A stretch of 49,644 nucleotides of DNA from a virus (Duplodnaviria; Caudoviricetes), in the IMG/VR virus record IMGVR_UViG_3300017985_000026, positions 1-49,644 of that record; one strand, 5' to 3'. Position 1 is the first letter of the stretch, and each line of letters opens with the position of its first letter. The notes below the pieces were generated by a model, which was not told the origin of the DNA, made no database searches, and saw only the letters and a program-made list of their open reading frames with translations. The translations under genes were made by a program, and so were the position numbers. Shown piece after piece: positions 36,065 through 43,469 of the stretch.

Positions 36065-37437
36065 TGATTATGCTCTGCGTCTATACTTTGAAGATAACCT
36101 TCAATACCTGTACAGCCAGGACAGTCATTATATACTACATATTGCGGGGTGTAGTTAATTGTACAAAGACGTGGCCATGCTTTAGCAGGAATAAAATATC
36201 TTCCTTTTGTTATGTTGGGTGCAACGTCTGCTAATTTATAATCATTAATTTTAGCATTCGTTTCAAACAACTTCTTATTGTATTTATTAAAGCACCAAAT
36301 GTACCCTTGATAATTTTTTAGAATATATTCGTAAGTTCTTTTTACCCACCACTGATAAAAATCGTATGTATCTCCTCTGTACTCTGGGAGAGTGAACGAC
36401 CTTGTACCAATATTAGCATACTCTGTATCATGTAGTCTATTCAAACCACACCCTGATACAATTTTACCATCTTTCTTAAACAGTGTATAAAAGCCACCGT
36501 TTTCTTCGTCATAAATTTTTTGATAAAATAGTTTGTTTAGAAACTGTTCAGATTTAGATTCCCAATCCTCATCCCACATAATATCAGATCCAGGTCCTCC
36601 TGCTGCGTGTGCTGATTTAGCCCATTCAACAATCATCTTTGGATCGGATTTGCTGTTGACGTCAATATAGTTATGTTTCTCATATACAGCGTCAAGTGCA
36701 GCAATAGTGTTGTCTATTTCTTCTTTATTGCCGATAAAGGTACCCCAAGCTCCGTTTGTGTCGTAGTCCCAGACGTAAAGAAACTCGTCAGTATTGTGCT
36801 TTACTAACTTGTCAATGCTGTACAGCTCTGCAGATGCTACTACGTCCTCTGAGCCTCTCAGGTGTGTTAGATATCTAAAGGAGCCTGCAGCCTCTTGGGA
36901 CAGGCATAGGATACGATTGAGTCCATTCTTAACAGGGTGATTGTGTCGCCTCAGAGCCTTACCAAATCGTTTCCATGACTTAATTGTTGCCATGTCCCAT
37001 TCTTTAGCTTCAAAGACTTGTCTGGGTATAATGTCCTCTGCAATGTTTAGTCCAACACCAGTTTCCTGATTTGTTTGTACTAATACATCACATTCCCACT
37101 CATTAACAATTTCACATATACGAGCGAAGTCTTTAAGATAATCATCACCATCAACAGGGACAAGATAGTCATATGGTGTAGTTAAGAAATAATCTAGAAC
37201 GGTCTGCTTACCTTGTCCAGGAGTACCATTAGATTCTGTTACAATAAACTTACACTTATTTCGTTCTGCTACTTCTTTTGCTTTGTCTGCGTAAGTTGGA
37301 TCTAAACTGTTTGCTACAACGACGATATCAGCCCACAACCCAACAGGATTGTAATAAGGCTGATTAACATTGAGTATAGCTCTTTCTAGTTTCTCAATAT
37401 CGTCTGAGGTAAGTATACCAACTAAAAACCTAGACAT
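36061..37437 (-). CDS. GT2-like glycosyltransferase fused to a GNAT-like domain
   Basis: SNGTPGQGK, PVDGDD; C-terminal IVSGCG...RSFTLPEYRG. Confidence 0.65.
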   Translation of the reverse strand: MSRFLVGILTSDDIEKLERAILNVNQPYYNPVGLWADIVVVANSLDPTYADKAKEVAERNKCKFIVTESNGTPGQGKQTVLDYFLTTPYDYLVPVDGDDYLKDFARICEIVNEWECDVLVQTNQETGVGLNIAEDIIPRQVFEAKEWDMATIKSWKRFGKALRRHNHPVKNGLNRILCLSQEAAGSFRYLTHLRGSEDVVASAELYSIDKLVKHNTDEFLYVWDYDTNGAWGTFIGNKEEIDNTIAALDAVYEKHNYIDVNSKSDPKMIVEWAKSAHAAGGPGSDIMWDEDWESKSEQFLNKLFYQKIYDEENGGFYTLFKKDGKIVSGCGLNRLHDTEYANIGTRSFTLPEYRGDTYDFYQWWVKRTYEYILKNYQGYIWCFNKYNKKLFETNAKINDYKLADVAPNITKGRYFIPAKAWPRLCTINYTPQYVVYNDCPGCTGIEGYLQSIDAEHNQ

Positions 37438-37621
37438 CGTTTAATGCTGCTAAAAGATCCTTGTAGTGTGCCATCTGCTCTAACTCCTTTTCCACTGCCT
37501 CGGAAAAGTCAGTATGCTCAGGAATTGCACGGGGATTTTCCAAAAGAATATTAACATTCATTCGGTGCTTCTCTACCTGAGAGGCAAAATGGCTTTCCAT
37601 CACTTCTTTAATATGTTTCAT
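37430..37621 (-). CDS. Hypothetical protein
   Basis: AAGGAG SD; NPRAIPEHTD motif. Confidence 0.7.
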   Translation of the reverse strand: MKHIKEVMESHFASQVEKHRMNVNILLENPRAIPEHTDFSEAVEKELEQMAHYKDLLAALNDV

Positions 37622-37632
37622 AAGTTTCTCCT

Positions 37633-37668
37633 TATTATAATAGTAAGCGCTTACTTACGCGCGTAAGT
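37633..37668. repeat. Three chained perfect palindromes
   Basis: TATTATAATA (37633-37642), AGTAAGCGCTTACT (37642-37655), ACTTACGCGCGTAAGT (37653-37668). Confidence 0.85.
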
Positions 37669-37693
37669 TTTCTTGCGCCTTAATTTCCTAGGG

Positions 37694-38227
37694 TCAGGCA
37701 TAGTGTATACAACTCATGATAATATACTTGTCATGGTTAGTGGGCTCTTGTCCTCCATGTGGGTACAACCACAGTGGTGGGAACACTAATAGCCTGCCTT
37801 CCTTAGGTGTAACAGTGTAGTCTAGTCCAGGGAAATAAGTACACCCATCGTTATCATTTAAATATAGCATGAACACCAAACTACGTCTAGCACTAGCATG
37901 ATCTAAAACATCCACGTGGGTGTCAAATCTTTGGTTAGTGCCTACAGTATACTTTTTTATGCGAACTTGTTCAAATCCATTAAACGGTATGAACTCTTTT
38001 TTGTTTACGCTTATTATATATGACTGTATGCTAGGTAAGCATTTTTTAATAAAACCTTGTGCAGCGCCATAGGCACCTGCTTCGTTTAAGTTAAGTTGAT
38101 CAAACTTATAGCCAGGCGTGTCATACGTCTGGCTTTGACTGGAATTAAAAAGTTCTATGTAATCCTTACATTCAGTCTTTGTAAGTACATTATCATAAAC
38201 TTTAATGTAGTCTGTAAGTCTATCCAT
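37694..38227 (-). CDS. 2OG-Fe(II) oxygenase, prolyl-4-hydroxylase-like
   Basis: FDTHVD, LYLND, GRLLVFPP, YPHGG, KYI. Confidence 0.9.
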   Translation of the reverse strand: MDRLTDYIKVYDNVLTKTECKDYIELFNSSQSQTYDTPGYKFDQLNLNEAGAYGAAQGFIKKCLPSIQSYIISVNKKEFIPFNGFEQVRIKKYTVGTNQRFDTHVDVLDHASARRSLVFMLYLNDNDGCTYFPGLDYTVTPKEGRLLVFPPLWLYPHGGQEPTNHDKYIIMSCIHYA

Positions 38228-38322
38228 CTACCTCAACTTTGTCAAAATTCCTTAGCATATAAATACTTATACGAATTTTTCGGAGCCTTTTTTTTCTACA
38301 CATTTAGGGTGTAGGATAAAAT

Positions 38323-38398
38323 TGGTGCCGGATGCAAGAATCGAACTCGCGACCTTCTCATTACAAGTGAGCTGCTCTACCTGCTGAGCTAATCCGGC
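38323..38398 (-). tRNA. tRNA-Thr(TGT), 76 nt with encoded CCA
   Basis: GCCGGAT/ATCCGGC acceptor stem, GCTC/GAGC D-stem, CTTGTAA anticodon loop, TTCGATT T-loop, ACCA end. Confidence 0.95.
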
Positions 38399-38399
38399 G

Positions 38400-38480
38400 A
38401 ATGGGCAGTTTTACTTCTTGCCCGGGAAGTGCACCCAACGTTTTGTTCATCGCGAACAGGGTCTTGTTGGCTATACCCCA
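38400..38480 (-). ncRNA. Putative structured RNA (two pseudoknots) upstream of tRNA-Thr
   Basis: Pairings GGGT/ACCC with CCAAC/GTTGG, hairpin TGTTC/GAACA, and ACTTC/GAAGT with GGGCA/TGCCC; GC-rich in an AT-rich genome. Confidence 0.5.
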
Positions 38481-38493
38481 TCATGTAGAGCGC

Positions 38494-38757
38494 TTACTTA
38501 AAAACGCCTGCACCAGCTGCTTCAAAAGCAGCAGCTACCATTGCTCGGCTAGGGGTACCGAGGCGATAGACAGTCTTACCTGTCTTGGTAACATTCGTAT
38601 AAACAGGGTAACCTGCTGAACGAAGCTCGTTGATTCGAGCACCAACGGATTGAATACCAAACATTTTACGAGCCTGGTTTTCAGTTAGGGTTGCACCAGA
38701 TGAAAGGAAGTTAAGTACCTTTGCAGCCTGATTTACTTTTACAGTCTTAGTTGACAT
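38494..38757 (-). CDS. Winged helix-turn-helix DNA-binding protein
   Basis: LTENQARKMFGIQSVGARINELRSAGYPV...YRLG. Confidence 0.75.
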   Translation of the reverse strand: MSTKTVKVNQAAKVLNFLSSGATLTENQARKMFGIQSVGARINELRSAGYPVYTNVTKTGKTVYRLGTPSRAMVAAAFEAAGAGVFK

Positions 38758-38801
38758 ATTTCACTCCAATTAAGTTAATATTAAATTAATTACAAAATCC
38801 C

Positions 38802-39074
38802 TCAACTAGTTTTACGTCTACTAGTCTTGGGCACTCCACGATTAATGACTCGGAGAAACGCATCTTTAGTATCAGCACTTGCCTCTTTGTAGATAGCAAG
38901 AGCAAACTTTGATGCGTCTTTCTTTGTCATTGAAAAGGGCAACTCAACAAAATCAATTCCTGAATTATCCCTTAACCTCTTTACACTAGTTACTACGTCA
39001 TTTGAAAAACGAGCTTTTGTAGTCCCGTTAGGCATGACAGAGTAACCTGCGAATTTATATAATCTTTTATCCAT
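38802..39074 (-). CDS. Hypothetical early protein
   Basis: FAGYS...KARFSND...VELPFSMTK; own promoter. Confidence 0.65.
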   Translation of the reverse strand: MDKRLYKFAGYSVMPNGTTKARFSNDVVTSVKRLRDNSGIDFVELPFSMTKKDASKFALAIYKEASADTKDAFLRVINRGVPKTSRRKTS

Positions 39075-39081
39075 AACAGCT

Positions 39082-39110
39082 ATTATAATACCTTTCTATT
39101 TAAAAGTCAA
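39082..39110 (-). promoter_or_regulatory. Sigma70 promoter TTGACT-N17-TATAAT, probably giving a leaderless transcript
   Basis: TTGACTtttaaatagaaaggtatTATAAT-agctgtt-ATG. Confidence 0.8.
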
Positions 39111-39282
39111 GCATTTTTTCAGATTTTTTATCTAAAATATCTAGAAGATCCATTTTAAGCTCGTTGAGCAGAACAAATACGCCCATGTCAACAGCCTGCG
39201 GATTGACCGACAAGCACGAATGAATGCAATTTTCAGCAGTACGGATTGCATCCATCTTTTCCTTAATTCGTTCAATACTCAT
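39100..39282 (-). CDS. Hypothetical early protein
   Basis: 60-aa ORF coupled to the upstream gene. Confidence 0.6.
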   Translation of the reverse strand: MSIERIKEKMDAIRTAENCIHSCLSVNPQAVDMGVFVLLNELKMDLLDILDKKSEKMLDF

Positions 39283-39491
39283 ACACTAACTCCTGGCCAA
39301 TCATGTGGAATATACTTAAACTTTTCAAACTGCCTACGAGTACGAACAAGTTTCAATTTGCCACTCGGGCTTGTTCGAATTTCCATGCCGTGTTTAGGCT
39401 TGTAGGCAATAATCTTATCACCATCTACAAGGTAGGTATGATTAGGTTGAACATCGCCTACCCATTGGGTAACTTCTTTTAGTACTTGCAT
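39279..39491 (-). CDS. Hypothetical early protein
   Basis: LKEVTQW..PNHTYLV motif. Confidence 0.7.
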   Translation of the reverse strand: MQVLKEVTQWVGDVQPNHTYLVDGDKIIAYKPKHGMEIRTSPSGKLKLVRTRRQFEKFKYIPHDWPGVSV

Positions 39492-39967
39492 TATGCCACC
39501 ATAGCTGAGAATTGCTCAGGACTTACCCAGCCTTGAGCTGTTTTGAACTCACACTTATAGTCTGAGCGTTCTGATTGTGGGAGAGGAATCCATGATTCAC
39601 TCTTGGCGAGAATTTCACGACGCATGTAACCATGCTCGTCATTGTTGGTGAGGCGCTGACAAACCCAACGATCCATCTTCCAAACAAACTCGGTTACAGA
39701 GTCCCAATCCTCGCACTCCTTAGCAGAGTCCTCAAGGATCTCCCAGGAGATAATGTACTCCTCAGAAGCCTCGTTACGATACTCGATAAGATCGGTGAGA
39801 GTAGGAATACCCTCCTTAGCAATCTTGTTCATTTGAGCATTCGTGATGTCACGAACCACATAGGTGCTGCCACCCTTGAACTTCCAGTACTGAGGGCACT
39901 CACCCTTGCCGTCCCAATCATGGGCGCCATAGTTTTCTTTGTATTGGGTCCAAATAACGAGTTTCAT
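39491..39967 (-). CDS. Hypothetical early protein (TQYKENYGAHDWDGKGECPQYWKFKGG)
   Basis: Likely start MKLVIW with GAGG SD. Confidence 0.75.
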   Translation of the reverse strand: MKLVIWTQYKENYGAHDWDGKGECPQYWKFKGGSTYVVRDITNAQMNKIAKEGIPTLTDLIEYRNEASEEYIISWEILEDSAKECEDWDSVTEFVWKMDRWVCQRLTNNDEHGYMRREILAKSESWIPLPQSERSDYKCEFKTAQGWVSPEQFSAMVA

Positions 39968-39968
39968 A

Positions 39969-40241
39969 TTAAAGTGCCTCTTTAGCAAAAACTTCTGAAA
40001 TAGCGTTTGATACGCCGGTCTTAAATAACTCTAGTTCTGTTGGGTTGAGTTCAATTTCTTGCTTAAAAAACTTCTCAGCGTTTGCAGCGCCAATTACATC
40101 TCTAAGAGCCGATCTGTATACTGCGGCTCTATCACTTGAGCCAAAGCCTTGACCTTCTGGCCAGTCACCACATACCCATTCGGCTGCTTCTAAACACTTC
40201 CCAAAAACAAACTTAGGACCTTTTTCAAAAATTCTTACCAT
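39969..40241 (-). CDS. Hypothetical early protein
   Basis: ATG at 40241 after AAGTGAGG SD; first gene after the tandem promoters. Confidence 0.7.
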   Translation of the reverse strand: MVRIFEKGPKFVFGKCLEAAEWVCGDWPEGQGFGSSDRAAVYRSALRDVIGAANAEKFFKQEIELNPTELELFKTGVSNAISEVFAKEAL

Positions 40242-40276
40242 AAACACTAACCTCACTTCTCATTGTTTATGCGTAC

Positions 40277-40305
40277 ATTATAGCACCTATTTCAGTAAAT
40301 GTCAA
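40277..40305 (-). promoter_or_regulatory. Sigma70 promoter TTGACA-N17-TATAAT with upstream A-tracts (UP-element-like)
   Basis: ggcTTGACAtttactgaaataggtgcTATAAT. Confidence 0.9.
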
Positions 40306-40365
40306 GCCTTTTTTTAACTTTTTTCAACTTTTTTTTACTATAGGTATCAATAACTTATAAGGCAC

Positions 40366-40394
40366 ATTATAGCACCAAAATTTGTATTTGTCAA
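40366..40394 (-). promoter_or_regulatory. Second tandem sigma70 promoter TTGACA-N17-TATAAT
   Basis: ggcTTGACAaatacaaattttggtgcTATAAT. Confidence 0.9.
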
Positions 40395-40476
40395 GCCTAA
40401 ATTAATCTATAGAAATCAATGACTTACAGGCTCTGTCAGACGCTAGCAGAGCCTCTGTCTCACACGCTATTTTAGG

Positions 40477-41091
40477 CTATCCTAGGGTATATCTATGGTA
40501 TTTTTCGTGTAGCTCGTACTTCTCTGACGTTTCGTGTATCAAGTCCAGTACTCTACTGTATCTGTGATTCTGCTCTGCTTTAACATATTTGGTTGAAGTA
40601 CTGTATAAATCCTCATACCACGTGATAGGCTTCCAGTTAATGTAACAGTAATCTATTATGATACCCGTATACTTACCAAAGCGATCAATCATGTTAGGTA
40701 GCATCCATGAGAACACTGTGTCGGCGTCATCTCTCTGCTCTACCGTATCAACAATAAAGTTGAACCAGGACTTAACCATATTGGGAAAGTCTCTTCTTAA
40801 CAGAAAATAATCTGCAAAAGGAAGTATTGTTATTGGTGAATGAATGTTTGATTGAATAACATACTGCTCATGATTAGAAAGAGCTTTCATAAAGGCATGA
40901 GGTGTTCTAACAGGTTGGCAATTTGGTATTTCGTGATGTTTGTTCTTATGTTCAGCCAAACTTACAAATTTGTGATCATAATCTGTAGTATGATCAAAGC
41001 ACAGCTCCCCAAAATACTCTAAATTGTGCTCCTTTGCTAAGTCCATACAGAACTTAGTACCACCACTCCTGGGCAATGTAATTACAATCAT
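40477..41091 (-). CDS. Sulfotransferase-like P-loop protein
   Basis: Likely start MIVITLPRSGGT; LLRRD...KSW; WYEDL. Confidence 0.65.
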   Translation of the reverse strand: MIVITLPRSGGTKFCMDLAKEHNLEYFGELCFDHTTDYDHKFVSLAEHKNKHHEIPNCQPVRTPHAFMKALSNHEQYVIQSNIHSPITILPFADYFLLRRDFPNMVKSWFNFIVDTVEQRDDADTVFSWMLPNMIDRFGKYTGIIIDYCYINWKPITWYEDLYSTSTKYVKAEQNHRYSRVLDLIHETSEKYELHEKYHRYTLG

Positions 41092-42365
41092 TGCTGAACA
41101 TGGCTCAACATAGTATCGGTAATATAATCTTCTTCTTTTCCAGATTTCCAATACTTGTTAAAGTCTAATAGCATCTCTCCAAAAGGACCTTGTTTGTATT
41201 CATTTAACAAACCCACGTTTTCAGAATACAAAACTTTTCTATTGTGTTGTGCAATTTCAAAACATTTATCTCGAACCTTTTTGTACTCGTCAGCGGAAAG
41301 ATTATCGAGCCTTTTAATTTCTTTAGCAATAGCTCTTCTTCTTTCATCATTATCCTCAATGCTGTCGTAATCTTCATTTATATAAGGATGAAATGTTTTA
41401 TACCCAAGTGTTCGAATCTCTTTGATAAAGTATGGTGTGGTGTATGCTAAAAATGGGCGTCCGGCTGCAATACACTTATATGTTTTTTCTGTTAAGAACG
41501 CTGGCGAAAATTCCTCTACGGAAACGTTGCCTTTATAGCCCATAAAATTATTAAAAGGATCGTAATGTGACTCTACAATAATATGAAAGTCTGCATCTAT
41601 AAGAGAGTCCATAATAACATTAGTCCACTTGTCTAAAGATTCTCGTCTAGTATCCTCGATAGTATGGGGAATTTTATCAATCCATTCTTTCGTTTTATCA
41701 TTATACAAATCAAAATCTTTAGCATCTTGTATGATTTCTTCTTGTGTAAATACCTTTACTCTATCTTCAGGTTTTAATTCATGATTGTGTTCAATCATAA
41801 CATAAGGATTGAAATTATGAAAGGTAAGATTAAACTTGTCAGTCAATTCTCGCATAACAAGTTCTAAAAGTAATGCAAGTCTATGTTCATTATAGTTTCT
41901 GCTAAACACACTAAACTTTTTACTTGTAGTGTGTTTAAAATCAATATTTCTTACTCTTGTTTGAAGCGGGGAGTACACATGATATGTAATTTCATCTCCC
42001 ATTTTTGATCTTGCAAACCTTCTAAACAAATCGTCTTTCATAATCATATGAACTTTGTTTAGAGGAATTCTTTTCTCTTGAAGAACTCGATTAAAAGTTT
42101 TTGTATCATGAAGATTAAAATAATCGTCTGGGTAAAAGATCAATAGTTTTGTATCATTATTTCCTTTTAGATGTGAGACAACTTTAGGTGAAAGAAGATC
42201 TTCTAATTTGTATTGTCTTACTGCAAGGTCTAATCTATCATAAAGATAAATTGCTTTGTCGTTATAGATACCTTCATTTATAGGACGAATATATCCTTTA
42301 ATGTAACTATCGTAAGGTAGTTTTGTATCACTATAAACATTATTTACATAACCAAGTGCGCCCAT
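41088..42365 (-). CDS. Glycosyltransferase-like protein (GT10/fucosyltransferase-like C-terminal motif)
   Basis: FHIIVES...FLTEKTYKCIAAGRPF...LGYKTF. Confidence 0.55.
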   Translation of the reverse strand: MGALGYVNNVYSDTKLPYDSYIKGYIRPINEGIYNDKAIYLYDRLDLAVRQYKLEDLLSPKVVSHLKGNNDTKLLIFYPDDYFNLHDTKTFNRVLQEKRIPLNKVHMIMKDDLFRRFARSKMGDEITYHVYSPLQTRVRNIDFKHTTSKKFSVFSRNYNEHRLALLLELVMRELTDKFNLTFHNFNPYVMIEHNHELKPEDRVKVFTQEEIIQDAKDFDLYNDKTKEWIDKIPHTIEDTRRESLDKWTNVIMDSLIDADFHIIVESHYDPFNNFMGYKGNVSVEEFSPAFLTEKTYKCIAAGRPFLAYTTPYFIKEIRTLGYKTFHPYINEDYDSIEDNDERRRAIAKEIKRLDNLSADEYKKVRDKCFEIAQHNRKVLYSENVGLLNEYKQGPFGEMLLDFNKYWKSGKEEDYITDTMLSHVQQ

Positions 42366-42366
42366 T

Positions 42367-43104
42367 TTATCTCCTACTCGCTATATCATATGGCTCTTGA
42401 GCTTCTTTATCGTACCAATACAAGCTTCTATGCGGACGATCGTTTTGTTTATACTGCGCGTCGCTGTAATAATAGAATAGCCTAAACGTCGTCCTATGCA
42501 CATCAGCAGGACAATTAATTGGCTTGGGGTATCCGTGAAATCCTCTCGGACTGTAATCCCATATAATTACACTATTATGTATACAAGGAAATTCCTTGAC
42601 TGGTTTTTCCTTCATGTTGTCCCAAAACTCTAAAGCTCCATTCCACTCTGGTTCCCAATCGGGTGTAAGGTAAACAATTAGTGAAGCGGCTCTGTGAAGT
42701 TTTAGTTTATCTTGCCAGTTAAAATCTGAATGTACTTGTAGGAAATCTCCGTTATAACTTTTAGAGTAGCCTGCCCCTACAAGATATGGATCTCCCATAA
42801 TACCATCCATGCCTGTTAACGTGGAGATCCATTCAAGCCCTAAACTGCTGTGCATCTCATTTACAAATTGAGAAGCAACTGGTAGATGCTCTAGGACTTT
42901 ACACTCTTTCATATGGCTACCTTTTCTATCAAAAGTAGTCCACAAAGAATCATCGGCTGTACATGCTTCCTTGTACATAGCAGCCGCTAAGTCTTTTGAT
43001 AAAAAATCATTCAAATATACATGAGGCACTGGCATCTCTGTTGAGTACTCATCATGTAAGCGTCCGGCATCGTGCCTTCTTCTTATATCTTTAATTATAT
43101 CCAT
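42367..43104 (-). CDS. 2OG-Fe(II) oxygenase
   Basis: LQVHSDFN, VYLTPDWEPEWNGALEFW, FHGYP, R. Confidence 0.9.
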   Translation of the reverse strand: MDIIKDIRRRHDAGRLHDEYSTEMPVPHVYLNDFLSKDLAAAMYKEACTADDSLWTTFDRKGSHMKECKVLEHLPVASQFVNEMHSSLGLEWISTLTGMDGIMGDPYLVGAGYSKSYNGDFLQVHSDFNWQDKLKLHRAASLIVYLTPDWEPEWNGALEFWDNMKEKPVKEFPCIHNSVIIWDYSPRGFHGYPKPINCPADVHRTTFRLFYYYSDAQYKQNDRPHRSLYWYDKEAQEPYDIASRR

Positions 43105-43114
43105 AATTACCTAT

Positions 43115-43444
43115 TTACTTTTTAGTAAATGCCTGTGCACCAAAAAATGCTGCTACAATACCAGCAACTGCGACAAAGTAAGTTGGTGCCATGTCGCCTA
43201 ATGTTTCTTGCGCCTGTTCTAATCCTGCTAATGATGCAATTACCACAGCAAAAGGATAAAGTAACATGCCAAATAGTGCGAACCATGCCATGCTTCTCTG
43301 AGAGTCTCGCATTGCATCTTGGTCCTCAAGCTCCTTCCTCTTGAACTCCATATACATTTTATGTTCTTCGGCGTCGACTTTGCCATCGCCATTGCTATCA
43401 GCAGGATGGAAATTAGACGAAGATTTCTTTTCTTCTTCTGACAT
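43115..43444 (-). CDS. EF-hand-containing two-TM membrane protein (holin-like)
   Basis: DSNGDGKVDAEE 12-residue loop; two hydrophobic helices; late promoter at 43471-43478. Confidence 0.6.
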   Translation of the reverse strand: MSEEEKKSSSNFHPADSNGDGKVDAEEHKMYMEFKRKELEDQDAMRDSQRSMAWFALFGMLLYPFAVVIASLAGLEQAQETLGDMAPTYFVAVAGIVAAFFGAQAFTKK

Positions 43445-43469
43445 AATTAGCCCTCCTATTGAAGTCTAA

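Noticed and set aside
38258-38265. Plus-strand TATAAATA pointing antisense into the tRNA
   Set aside because: No credible plus-strand gene follows, and an 8-mer like this can arise by chance in AT-rich intergenic DNA
38288-38314. CTACAC/GTGTAG hairpin as the tRNA terminator
   Set aside because: On the minus strand the stem is followed by an A-run rather than a U-run, so it does not fit an intrinsic terminator
38400-38432. preQ1 or SAM-II/V riboswitch identity for the pseudoknot
   Set aside because: It lacks the conserved ligand-binding nucleotides I would expect and precedes a tRNA rather than an RBS
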